Source of the DNA: Marsupella aquatica
Lineage: Eukaryota; Plantae; Marchantiophyta
Direction: 5' to 3'
NCBI GenBank assembly: GCA_973895155.1
Contig: OZ316893.1
Location: forward strand, 992,860-1,056,859
Length of the DNA: 64,000 nt
A model generated the notes under the pieces. It was not told the origin of the DNA. It made no database searches and saw only the letters and a list, made by a program, of their open reading frames with translations. The position numbers and the translations under genes are program-made. Shown in pieces: positions 23,165 through 33,885 of this stretch; the first letter of the stretch is position 1, and every line of letters begins with the position of its first letter.

Positions 23165-26100
23165 ATGACAAGGGAAGCACTTTGGGTGGATGGATGGTCA
23201 ACTCCAGCATGGGTTAAGGCCAGGGCGAATTTGCATAATCATTGCAGATTTCAATCTCATGTTAGTTATTGCACCAGAGATTGGTCTCAAGTCACTGCAC
23301 AGAGGAATGGCAGTAGGCATATGCATGATGCTGTTACCACGAGTGAAACAATTTCTGTTTTGAAAGATCGTCTACAACGGGGCGTTACTATAGACTCGTA
23401 CACATATGTTAAAGCTCTACAAATGTGCTTGCAACAGAAAGACTATTCAGCAGCCAAGCAATTTCATGAAGGTATCATCGAGAGTGGAATTGAAAAGAAT
23501 CCATATGTGGCAACCACGCTCTTGAATGTGTATATCAAATGCGGAGGCTTGTTGGATGCTCGTAAAATTTTTGATCAACTTCAGAAGAAGAGTGTTATTA
23601 CTTGGACCAACATGATTGCAGGATATGCTAAGAGTGATCATGTTGAATCTGCAATCGAACTTTTCAATCAAATGCGCCAAGAAGGCGTGCAGCCTGATGA
23701 GATCACATATCTGAGTATCCTGAAAGGATGTGCCAGCCCATCAGCTCTAGCATGCGGAAAAGAAATTCATGAAAGTATTCGACATGCCGGCTTCGCATCG
23801 GACGTGCGTGTAGGGACTGCCCTCGTACTGATGTATGGAAAATGCGGGTGCATCACCGAGGCAAGGAAAGTTTTTGAAAAGCTGACCAATCGAAATGTTA
23901 TTACATGGAATGTTATGATTGGAGCATATGCAGAACGCGGTGATGGTGTGGAAGCATATCGACTGTTTCTTCAAATGAGTCGTGAAGGCTTCGAACCAAA
24001 TGCCATCACTTATGTCAGCATCCTGAATGCATCTGCAAGTGCGGGGGCTTTGGAGTGGGTAAAGGAGGTTCATGGCCATGCTAGCACAGCGGGACTGGAG
24101 TTGAATTCGCGTGTGGGGAATGCACTCGTTCACATTTATGCGAAGAGTGGCAGTATAGATGACGCCCGACTGGTGTTTGACAGAATGGAACAACGTGATG
24201 TAGTCACATGGACTGTAATGATCGGTGGACTTGCACAGCATGGACGTGGACATGAAGCATATCAACTATTTCTCCAAATGAGACGTGCAGGCTTCGAACC
24301 AAATGCATTCACTTATGCGAGTATTTTCAATGCATCTACAAGTGAGGGGGCTTTGGAATGGGTGAAGGACGTTCATGGCCATGCTAGTAAAGCGGGACTG
24401 GACTCAGATTTGCGTGTGGGCAATGCACTGGTTCACATATATGCCGAGAGTGGCAGTATAGATGACGCCCGACTTGTTTTTGACAGAATGCAGCACCGCG
24501 ATGTAGTCACGTGGAATGTAATGATTGGTGGACTTGCACAACATGGTCATGGTGTGGAAGCATATCGACTGTTTCTCCAAATGAGACGTAAAGGCTTCGA
24601 ACCCAATGCAATCACTTATGTGAGCATCCTGAATGCATCTGCAAGTGCGGGGGCTTTGGAATGGGTAAAGGACGTTCATGACCATGCTAGAAAAGCGGGA
24701 CTGCTGGAGTCAGATTTGCGTGTGGGCAATGCACTGGTTCACATGTATGCGGAGAGTGGCAGCATAGATGACGCCCGACTTGTTTTTGATAGAATGGAGA
24801 AACGCGATGTAGTCACATGGAATGTAATGATCGGTGGACTTGCACGACATGGTCATGGTGCGGAAGCATATCAACGGTTTCTTAAAATGAGACGAGACGG
24901 CTTCGAACCAAATGCAATCACTTATTTGAGCATCCTGAATGCATCTGCAAGTGCGGGGGCTTTGGAATGGGTGAAGGACGTTCATGGTCATGCTGGCAAA
25001 GCGGGACTGGAGTCAGATTTGCGTGTGCGCAACGCACTGGTTCACATGTATGCAGAGAGTGGCAGTATAGATGACGCCCGACTTGTTTTTGACAGAATGG
25101 AGAAACGCGATGTAGTCACATGGAATGTAATGATTGGTGGACTTGCACAACATGGATGTGGACATGAAGCATATCGACTGTTGCTCCAAATGAGACGTGA
25201 AGGCTTCGAACCAAATGCAATCACTTATGTGAGCATCCTGAATTCATCTGCAAGTGCGGGGGCTTTGGAATGGGTGAAGGAAGTTCAGGGCCATGTTAGC
25301 AAAGCGGGACTGGAGTCAGATTTGCGTGTGGGCAATGCTTTGGTTCACATGTATGCAGAGAGTGGCAGTATCGATGATGCCCGGCTTGTTTTTGACAGAA
25401 TGGAGAAACGCGATGTAGTCACATGGAATGTAATGATTGGTGGACTTGCACAACATGGATGTGGGCATGAAGCCCTGACACTCTTCAGAAAAATGAACGC
25501 TGACGGTGTGAAGCCCAACGTGTATTCATTCGTGGCAGTGTTGTCAGCATGTTCTCACGGAGGACTTGTTGATGACGGTCGTAGACTCTTTTCAGCTATG
25601 ACGCAAGACTATGGCATCGAGCCTGACATTGGGCATTATAACTGCATGGTGGATCTTCTTGGGCGGGCTGGACACTTGGAGGAAGCAAAGCTCTTCATTA
25701 GGAACATGCCACTTGAACCAATTGCAGGAACTTGGAAAGTCTTGCTTGGGGCTTGTCGAACTTACTGTAATGTGGAGATGGGCGAACTTGCGGCTAAAGA
25801 GCTTTTGAAGTCTGAACCCAATGATGCCTCTACATATGTGCTCCTCTCCAACATCTATGCTGCAGCTGGTAAGTGGGAGAAGAAGTCATTAGTGCGCACC
25901 ATGATGCGAAAGAGAGGTGTTCGGAAGGAGCCAGGACGTAGCTGGATTGAAGTTGATAAGAAGATCAATAAATTTGTTGTAGGGGATAGATCTCACGCAG
26001 AAGCGAAGGCGATATATACTGAGCTGAATAAATTGACTGAAAGACTGAAGGCCGAAGGCTATGTTCCGGATACCCGACTTGTGTTGCATGATATCAACGA

Positions 26101-26338
26101 GGAGGAGAAAGAACTAGCTCTTTGTGGTCATAGTGAGAAGTTGGCTATTACTTACGGACTTATGCACATTCCTCGGGGAAAACCAATTCGAATATGGAAG
26201 AATCTTCGGGTGTGTTCAGATTGCCATACCGCAACGAAGTTTATCTCGAAGGTGACTGGACGCGAGATTGTAGCCAGGGATGCCAATCGCTTTCATCATT
26301 TTAAAGATGGCATATGTTCTTGCGGCGATTACTGGTAA
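23165..26338 (+). CDS. PLS-class PPR-DYW protein (copy 2, 1057 aa)
   Basis: Intact intronless ORF. Five ALEWVK-containing ~101-aa PLS units, PG box, HSEKLA/CSDCH and terminal DYW. Confidence 0.95.
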   Translation: MTREALWVDGWSTPAWVKARANLHNHCRFQSHVSYCTRDWSQVTAQRNGSRHMHDAVTTSETISVLKDRLQRGVTIDSYTYVKALQMCLQQKDYSAAKQFHEGIIESGIEKNPYVATTLLNVYIKCGGLLDARKIFDQLQKKSVITWTNMIAGYAKSDHVESAIELFNQMRQEGVQPDEITYLSILKGCASPSALACGKEIHESIRHAGFASDVRVGTALVLMYGKCGCITEARKVFEKLTNRNVITWNVMIGAYAERGDGVEAYRLFLQMSREGFEPNAITYVSILNASASAGALEWVKEVHGHASTAGLELNSRVGNALVHIYAKSGSIDDARLVFDRMEQRDVVTWTVMIGGLAQHGRGHEAYQLFLQMRRAGFEPNAFTYASIFNASTSEGALEWVKDVHGHASKAGLDSDLRVGNALVHIYAESGSIDDARLVFDRMQHRDVVTWNVMIGGLAQHGHGVEAYRLFLQMRRKGFEPNAITYVSILNASASAGALEWVKDVHDHARKAGLLESDLRVGNALVHMYAESGSIDDARLVFDRMEKRDVVTWNVMIGGLARHGHGAEAYQRFLKMRRDGFEPNAITYLSILNASASAGALEWVKDVHGHAGKAGLESDLRVRNALVHMYAESGSIDDARLVFDRMEKRDVVTWNVMIGGLAQHGCGHEAYRLLLQMRREGFEPNAITYVSILNSSASAGALEWVKEVQGHVSKAGLESDLRVGNALVHMYAESGSIDDARLVFDRMEKRDVVTWNVMIGGLAQHGCGHEALTLFRKMNADGVKPNVYSFVAVLSACSHGGLVDDGRRLFSAMTQDYGIEPDIGHYNCMVDLLGRAGHLEEAKLFIRNMPLEPIAGTWKVLLGACRTYCNVEMGELAAKELLKSEPNDASTYVLLSNIYAAAGKWEKKSLVRTMMRKRGVRKEPGRSWIEVDKKINKFVVGDRSHAEAKAIYTELNKLTERLKAEGYVPDTRLVLHDINEEEKELALCGHSEKLAITYGLMHIPRGKPIRIWKNLRVCSDCHTATKFISKVTGREIVARDANRFHHFKDGICSCGDYW

Positions 26339-26992
26339 CGAGATTGAAAGTCGTGTAAGGAGAACCTGAAATGCAGATTCGAGTAGGGATACATGAGAAG
26401 AGAGCTGGCCCCTTTTGGCTAGTGCCTAGTCCTACCCTGCCAGCAATTTCCTTAGAATGTTGAGAGTGGCAGCAGCCTGCATTTGTGATGAGCTTCCCGT
26501 GTGTTATTGTTCCGGTTAGAGAGGTCCCGGAACTGAATTTCTTCCTAGAACTATGCTAATTTGGTAACTTCGAGATTATAACTTAAATCAAGTTCATGAG
26601 ACTATTTGAGGTCGATTATTTATATTTCTTACCAATTTATATTCAGCTCCCAGAATAGTCGTGGCTATTGAAAGTAGAGCCACAATGGACTGGCATGTGT
26701 TGTCCATGGCAATTAGTATGGACTGTGACTGAAAGCTTTACATGCACTTAAGTATGGATGAAACAAAATTAGTTACTGTATTCAATTAGTGTTAACAATT
26801 TAGTGGTCAGTGACAGCAAGTACTTAGACTGGATGTCGATTGGATTTTGCTGAATGCCGTGAGTAATGTATGGGCCCTGTGACTACTTCTGTCGGATGCT
26901 ACGGGTACTTCAGTTGGACGCTGTGAGTAGTGCCGGTTGTGTCTCCCAGTGAGTATCCCTGAAAAAGCAATCTGATTGGGGACATTCTGGTG

Positions 26993-27042
26993 GCTGAATC
27001 CAAACTCAAGCTGAATCCAAACTCAAGCTGAATCCAAACTCA
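26993..27042. repeat. 17-bp tandem repeat x3 (gctgaatccaaactcaa)
   Basis: Directly visible. Confidence 0.8.
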
Positions 27043-27279
27043 CTCGAGTAAGTAAAAGAGAGATCCAGTACTTCAGCTAACTTAGCACCATAATAGTTCA
27101 TAAACTTGAACCAAGAACCTTCGTGTTAAACGTAGTTTAAAGAACAATTCCCTGCCACTTTGCCCATAATTTTTGCTACTAACAATCTGATTCCATTGGA
27201 ATAGGCTTGGTGGTGGTAGTTTCCTTGAGAAGGAGCCGTGGAATTGCATCACACACGTCATCAATGTACATATAGTCTC

Positions 27280-29100
27280 CAGTTATGGCCTAGGCAATAT
27301 TGAGGTATAAAGGTGGGGCACTTAGATGGGCACACCTAGACCAGAATCGTGTCACAGGCATAACTGTTAGCTTGGATGTTTGTTGGAGAAACCAAGACTG
27401 TCCGTGCATATATTTGGGCTACTTGAGCGCTTTTCCCAACCCATTGGTTTGTGAATCGGGTGCAAGATTGGAGGCCAAAACATAAAGGACCAAATCTAGT
27501 CCGGGGGTGTCAGGTCTTAAGAGGCACATATGAGGGGACTGGTGTCTCCCCATGGGCTAGGGGCAAGCCCAAGGCATGGGGTCAAGTCTTAAGAAGCACA
27601 TATGAGGGGATGTGGTGTCTCCCCATGGGCTAGGGGCAAGCCCAAGGCATGGGGCACAACGGTGTGCCACCAAAGGAAGAGAACACATGGAAATGACAAT
27701 ATGTTTGCAACAAGTAGTCCGTTGAGAGATGTTTTGAGTTCATTGGAAAGCTCTTGAGGTGTACTGCCTCCTCATGATCTCAATTGGCCCTAGGGTAACT
27801 CTGGTCTTCAAGGTTTTTCAAGGAAATCAAATCCTCTTGCCGATCTTGTCAAAATAGTAGCCAAGCCGTGTTTGAGGCCACGTTGTGTTCCCTAGGGGGC
27901 TCCATGTAGGGGAAGCCAGGCAAGTAGACTTAGGTGTTAAGTGCCAAGTTTGTCATGACCCAATGATCCAAGTTGAGTTGGACCGATTAGGAGGGATGCT
28001 GGCCCGGATGCTGGGAGACTAGTCCCGATGCATTGGGACAAGCCCGGGGACAACCTAGTTCCTTGATCCATGGTTCGATGTCTTTTGTACTAGGGTTCCA
28101 ATTTGGAAATCTTCCAATAACCCTTGTGAAGTGAATAGGTTATACTAGAGGCTTAACCTAAGAGTTGTCGGTTGGTTGATTGTTGGAAATTTCTTGGGAT
28201 GGCCAAATGCGACGGGAGTAGGAGGGCAAAGCTTGGAACCTGGGCTGGCAGTCCTACTATCACTCCTGCGATTCCAATTGTGGAGCCATGGCAAGAGCAA
28301 TCCAACCCTGAACCCATTGCCTTGACGTTGGAAACAAAAAGTAAGAGGGAACCCAAAGGTGAAGGGAAGGATCCAACTACCAAAGCACTGGATGCCTTGG
28401 GTGACAACAGGGACAAATCCCAAGATGATGAGGATGTCATCCCTGCCGTCCGGGAACTAGAGCTCTCAGAGAAAGACGATGACAAGGATGTCATCATGGA
28501 TAACCTGGAACCTTAGGATGGGGAAGACGAGGGTGATGTTGAGCCCCCACCAGTCAGGGTACCCTCGCTATGAGAGTGACAAGGGACTCAAGAAAGGAGA
28601 CCCAAAAAAGAAAGGTGAGTTAAGGAACGCCCAATACTTTTGGAGACTTATCATCCCCAGACCAACTTTGGTCCTGGCCTCAAACCTTGTGTATTATGAG
28701 GGATCCATATTTGAGGTTTCTTTCCTTGGTTCTTATTGTTAAACTGACAGGCTTAGATAAGCATCATAGTAGCTCAGACACCCATAGTCTTAATTTGTCC
28801 AAATGGATGTCTGAGCTAAGAGTTATGCCCTCAACACCATGATCTGGTCCAGGCGTCTTGATCTAGACATCCCCATCTCCGCGACTCAATCTTGCCCAGG
28901 CCATAACCAGATATCTACATGCCCGTTGAGATTGTGCCTTACATGGTTGTGACCAGGCTCATGTAGTGCATGAAGCACTGCTATGTGGTCTGCATTCTCA
29001 ATACTTTCATTTACAAATGTTTACACATGGTATGATGACACTAAATTATGAACACATGCTTCCTCGAACAAACATATGCTTTTGAACTGTCTCAATAGTC
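27280..29100. mobile_element. Probable degenerate LTR-retroelement remnant between the converging PPR genes
   Basis: ~73-bp tandem duplication (27514-27654), purine-rich low-complexity ORF 28172-28516, and segments reminiscent of plant LTR non-coding sequence. No catalytic motifs; boundaries are uncertain. Confidence 0.35.
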
Positions 29101-29231
29101 TGAATGTAACCTTGCACTCACAATCATACATTGAGCTCTCTAGGTTTAGTGCATCCCCTGCTTTAGTTTTGAGGCCTGGTTGTGTCAGGAGTATGTGCCT
29201 ATGCCAAATCTAATGGGCCCTACTTGTCACG

Positions 29232-29385
29232 TTTATGCTCATAATAGTCTCCCATCCTTAGCCTGACTCAGAATGGTCATCCGGTAGTGAACCTTAGGGG
29301 GACCCGTTTATTATGCTCATAATAGTCTCCCCATCCTTAGCCGGACTCAGAATGGTCAATCCGATAGTGAACCTTAGGGGGACCC
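29232..29385. repeat. ~78-bp tandem duplication
   Basis: ttatgctcataatagtctccc..gactcagaatggtca..tagtgaaccttagggggaccc occurs twice. Confidence 0.75.
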
Positions 29386-30108
29386 ATCGCTAGAGTTAGG
29401 CAACGTCCATCAGAGCGAATCTGAGTAAGTGTATTCACGTCCATGACTATAATTACATATTGCATTGCATGGAGCCAATTCAGGAAGAAGTGAGTGGGTG
29501 AAGGTAGGATAAGTGGGTGCAGAGGTACAGTCCAACAGATTTGGCATACAGGCGACCCTGCTACTTCGGGCCGAGCCAGATGTGTGTCAATAGGGCAATT
29601 CCTTTTCACAAGTCAGGACCCTGAATGCCCAATTTTTGCATGTGAATAGACATGATGACAAAAATCATACATGCTCATATTTTTGAGATACATAATGTCA
29701 GATCCTTCTTCCATGGACATAAATTTGGTGGGCCCAGGGAAAGAGCTTGACCAGCTGCCAATAGCGAATTTCATCTTTATGCCCTTGATTTTACCGTCTC
29801 CTGTCAGCTAAGTGAGTTCCCTTCCAGTACTATAATCACGGCAAGGCAGCTGTATGCATATCTCGCGAAGATATTAAGCGAACTTTCTACATATCAAGCC
29901 AAGAGCTTCATTTCACGCATCTATGATTTCGACTCTCAAAGCTTAACTCGCGTAACAATTCTCTTAGGGCTAGTTACAACCCCAAATCGCCGGCTCAAAA
30001 TTAATGTTACAATATTACAGAAAAGACATCCTCATTGTATCTGCGCTGCCTGTGAGTACTGCTTTAGCGTCAATTTCCAGCCAGCCCAACACAGCTTTCA
30101 ATCTGGGT

Positions 30109-33100
30109 TCACCAGTAATCACCACAAGAACACACTCCATCTTTAAAATGGTGGAACCGATTTGCATCCCTCGCAATAATCTCGCGTCCGGTCACCTTAG
30201 AGATATACTTGGTTGCTGAGTGGCAATCTGAACACACCCGAAGGTTCTTACTTATACAAATTGGTCGTCCCCAAGGTAGGTGCATAAGTCCGTAAACAAT
30301 AGCCAACTTCTCACTATGAGAGCAAAGAGCTAGCTCTTTATCCTCCTCACTGATATCATGCAACACAAGCTGGGTATCCGGAATGTAGCCTTCAGCCTTC
30401 AGTTTTTCACTCAATTTATTCAGCTCAGTATATATCGCCTCTGCTTCTGGGTGAGATGTATCCCCCACAACAAATTGATGGACCGTGTTATCAACTTCAA
30501 TCCAGCTAATCCCTGGCTCCTTCCGAACACCTCTCTCTTGCATCATAGTGCGCACAGATGACACCTTCTCCCAATTCCCAGCTGCAGCATAGATATTGGA
30601 GAGCAGCACGTATGTAGAGGCCTTACCGGGTTCCAACTTGAACAGCTCGTTAGCGGCCAGTTCCCCCAGCTCCACGTTACCGTAAGTTCTACAAGCCCCA
30701 AGCAAGGCTGTCCAAGTTACATCATTTGGTTCGATCGGCATCTTACTGATGAACTGCTTTGCTTCCTCCAAGTGTCCCGCCCGCCCAAGAATATCCACCA
30801 TGAGGTTATAGTGCACAACAGTACGCTCGATACCATAGTCTTGCGTCATAGCTGAAAAGATTCTACGGCCATCATCAACAAGGCCTCCATGAGAACAGGC
30901 TGACAACACAGCTATGAATGACGTCTCGATGGGCTTCACATGGTTTACATTCATTTGTCTGAAAAGTTCCAGGGCTTCACGCCCATATCCGTGTTGTGCA
31001 AGTCCACCGATCATTGTGTTCCATGTGATTACATCGCGCTTCCCGAGTCTGTCAAAAACTTGTTGGGCGTCATCTATACTGCCACTTTTTGCATACATGT
31101 GAACGAGTGCATTGCCTACATGCAAATCCGACTCCAGTCCGGCTCTGCTAGCGTGGCCATGAACCTCCTTCACCCACTCCAAAGCCCCCGCACTTCCAGG
31201 TGCATTCAGAATACTCGCATAAGTGACTGCATTTGGTTCAAAGCCTTCCCGTCTCATTTGGAGAAACAATCGATATGCTTCATGCCCCAATCCATGTTGT
31301 GCAAGTCCTCCTATCATTACATTCCAAGTGACTACATCACGTTTCTCCATTCTGTCAAAAACCAGTCGGGCATCGTCTATACTGCCACTCTTTGCATACA
31401 TGTGAACGAGTGCAATGCCCACACGCAAATCCGACTCCAGTCCGGCTTCGCTAGCATGGCCATGAACCTCCTTCACCCACTCCAAAGCCCCCTCACTTGC
31501 AGATGCATTCAGAATACTCGCATAAGTGTATGCATCCGGTTCGAAGCCTTCCCGTCTCATTTCAAGAAACGTTCGATATGCTTCATGCCCACATCCATGT
31601 TGTGCAAGTCCCCCAATCATGGTATTCCATGTGACAACATCACGTTTCTCCAGTCTGTCGAAAACCAGTCGGGCATCATCTATACTGCCACTCTTTGTAT
31701 ACATGTGAACGAGTGAACTGCCCACCCGCAAATCCGACTCCAGTCCAGCTTTGCTAGCGTGGCCATGAACCTCCTTCACCCACTCCAAAGCCCCCATACT
31801 TGCAGATGCATTCAGGATGCTCACATAAGTGATTTCATTTGGTTCGAGGCCTTGGCGTCTCATTTCAACAAACATTCGATATGCTTCATGCCCACGTCCA
31901 TGTTGTGCAAGTCCTCCTATCATTACATTCCATGTGATTACATCGCGTTTCTCCATTCTGTCGAAAACCAGTCGGGCATCATCTATACTGCCACTCTTTG
32001 CATACATGTGAACGAGTGCAATGCCCACACGCAAATCCGAATCCCATCCGGCTTTGCTAGCATGGCCATGAACCTCCTTCACCCATTCCAAAGCCCCCGC
32101 ACTTGCAGATGCATTCAGAATACTCACATAAGTGAATGCATCTGGTTCGAAGCCTTCCCGTCTCATTTGGAGAAACACTCGATATGCTTCATGCCCACAT
32201 CCATGTTGTGCAAGTCCCCCAATCATGGTATTCCAAATGACAACATCACGTTTCTCCAGTCTGTCGAAAACCAGTCGGGCATCATCTATACTGCCACTCT
32301 TTGCATACATGTGAACGAGTGCAATGCCCACATGCAAATCCGACTCCAGTCCGGCTTTGCTAGCATGGCCATGAACCTCCTTCACCCATTCCAAAGCCCC
32401 CGCACTTGCAGATGCATTCAGAATACTCGCATAAGTGAATGTGTCTGGTTTGAAGCCTTCCCGTCTCATTTGAAGAAACACTCGATATGCTTCATGCCCA
32501 CATCCATGTTGGGCAAGTCCCCCAATCATGGTATTCCAGGTGACAACATCACGTTTCTCCAGTTGGTTGAAAACCAGTCGGGCATCATCTATACTGCCAC
32601 TCTTTGTATACATGTGAACGAGTGCACTGCCCACACGCAAATCCGACTCCAGTCCGGCTTTGCTAGCGTGGCCATGAACCTCCTTTACCCACTCCAAAGC
32701 CCCCGTACTTGCAGATGCATTCAGGATGCTCACATAAGTGATTTCATTTGGTTCGAAGCCTTGGCGTCTCATTTCAAGAAACATTCGATATGCTTCATGC
32801 CCAGATCCATGTTGTGCAAGTCCTCCTATCATTACATTCCATGTGACTCTATCGCGTTTCTCCATTCTGTCGAAAACCAGACGGGCATCATCTAGACTGC
32901 CACTCTTTGCATACATGTGAACGAGTGCATTGCCCACACGCAAATTCGACTCGAGTCCGGCTTTGCTAGCGTGGCCATGAACCTTCTTCACCCACTCCAA
33001 AGCCCCCGCACTTGCAGATGCATTTAGGATGCTCAGATAAGTGATTGCATCTGGTTTGAAGCCTTCCCTTCTCATTTGGACGAATAGTCCATATGCTTCC

Positions 33101-33885
33101 ACACCATCACCACGTTCTGCACATGCTCCAATCACAACATTCCATGTAATGACATTTCGATTGGTCAACTTTTCAAAAACTTTCCTTGCCTCGGTGATGC
33201 ACCCACATTTAGAGTACATCAGTACGAGAGCAGTCCCTACACGCACGTCCGATTCAAATCCGACCTGTCGAATATGCTCATGAATTTCTTTTCCGCATGC
33301 TAGAGCTAATGGGCTGGCACATCCTTTTAGGATGCTCAGATACGTGATCTCATTCGGCTGCACACCTTCTTGGCGCATTAGATTGAAAAGTTCGAGTGCA
33401 CATTCAGCATGATCACTGCTAGCGTATCCTGCAATCATGCTGGTCCAAGTAATAACACTCTTCTTCTCAATTTGATCAAAAACTCTACGTGCATCCGATA
33501 ATCCTCCGCATTTGATATACACATTCAACAGCGTGCTTACCACATATGGATTATTATCAATTCCACTCTCGATGATGCAACCATGAATTTGCTTGGCTGC
33601 TGAAAGATCTTTCTGATGCAAGAGCATTTGCAGAACTTTAACATAGGTGTACGAGTCTATAGCAATGCCTCGTTGTAGACGATCTTTCAAATCAGCAAGT
33701 ATTTCACTCGTGGTACCAGGAGCATGCATATGCCTACTGCCGTTCCGTTCTGCGGTGACTTGAGACCAATCTCTCGTGCAATGATCAACATCAGGTTGAA
33801 CTCTGCATTGAGTAAGCAAATTCGCCCTTGCCTTAACCCGTGCTGCAGTTGACCATCCATCCACCCAAAGTGCTATACTTGTCAT
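30109..33885 (-). CDS. PLS-class PPR-DYW protein (copy 3, 1258 aa)
   Basis: Intact intronless ORF. Seven ALEWVK-containing 101-aa units, KEPGISWIE, HSEKLA/CSDCH and terminal DYW. Confidence 0.95.
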   Translation of the reverse strand: MTSIALWVDGWSTAARVKARANLLTQCRVQPDVDHCTRDWSQVTAERNGSRHMHAPGTTSEILADLKDRLQRGIAIDSYTYVKVLQMLLHQKDLSAAKQIHGCIIESGIDNNPYVVSTLLNVYIKCGGLSDARRVFDQIEKKSVITWTSMIAGYASSDHAECALELFNLMRQEGVQPNEITYLSILKGCASPLALACGKEIHEHIRQVGFESDVRVGTALVLMYSKCGCITEARKVFEKLTNRNVITWNVVIGACAERGDGVEAYGLFVQMRREGFKPDAITYLSILNASASAGALEWVKKVHGHASKAGLESNLRVGNALVHMYAKSGSLDDARLVFDRMEKRDRVTWNVMIGGLAQHGSGHEAYRMFLEMRRQGFEPNEITYVSILNASASTGALEWVKEVHGHASKAGLESDLRVGSALVHMYTKSGSIDDARLVFNQLEKRDVVTWNTMIGGLAQHGCGHEAYRVFLQMRREGFKPDTFTYASILNASASAGALEWVKEVHGHASKAGLESDLHVGIALVHMYAKSGSIDDARLVFDRLEKRDVVIWNTMIGGLAQHGCGHEAYRVFLQMRREGFEPDAFTYVSILNASASAGALEWVKEVHGHASKAGWDSDLRVGIALVHMYAKSGSIDDARLVFDRMEKRDVITWNVMIGGLAQHGRGHEAYRMFVEMRRQGLEPNEITYVSILNASASMGALEWVKEVHGHASKAGLESDLRVGSSLVHMYTKSGSIDDARLVFDRLEKRDVVTWNTMIGGLAQHGCGHEAYRTFLEMRREGFEPDAYTYASILNASASEGALEWVKEVHGHASEAGLESDLRVGIALVHMYAKSGSIDDARLVFDRMEKRDVVTWNVMIGGLAQHGLGHEAYRLFLQMRREGFEPNAVTYASILNAPGSAGALEWVKEVHGHASRAGLESDLHVGNALVHMYAKSGSIDDAQQVFDRLGKRDVITWNTMIGGLAQHGYGREALELFRQMNVNHVKPIETSFIAVLSACSHGGLVDDGRRIFSAMTQDYGIERTVVHYNLMVDILGRAGHLEEAKQFISKMPIEPNDVTWTALLGACRTYGNVELGELAANELFKLEPGKASTYVLLSNIYAAAGNWEKVSSVRTMMQERGVRKEPGISWIEVDNTVHQFVVGDTSHPEAEAIYTELNKLSEKLKAEGYIPDTQLVLHDISEEDKELALCSHSEKLAIVYGLMHLPWGRPICISKNLRVCSDCHSATKYISKVTGREIIARDANRFHHFKDGVCSCGDYW

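Noticed and set aside
30914-33283. Long antisense ORFs over the PPR genes (e.g. 31759-32895)
   Set aside because: Shadow frames of the repetitive PPR coding sequence.
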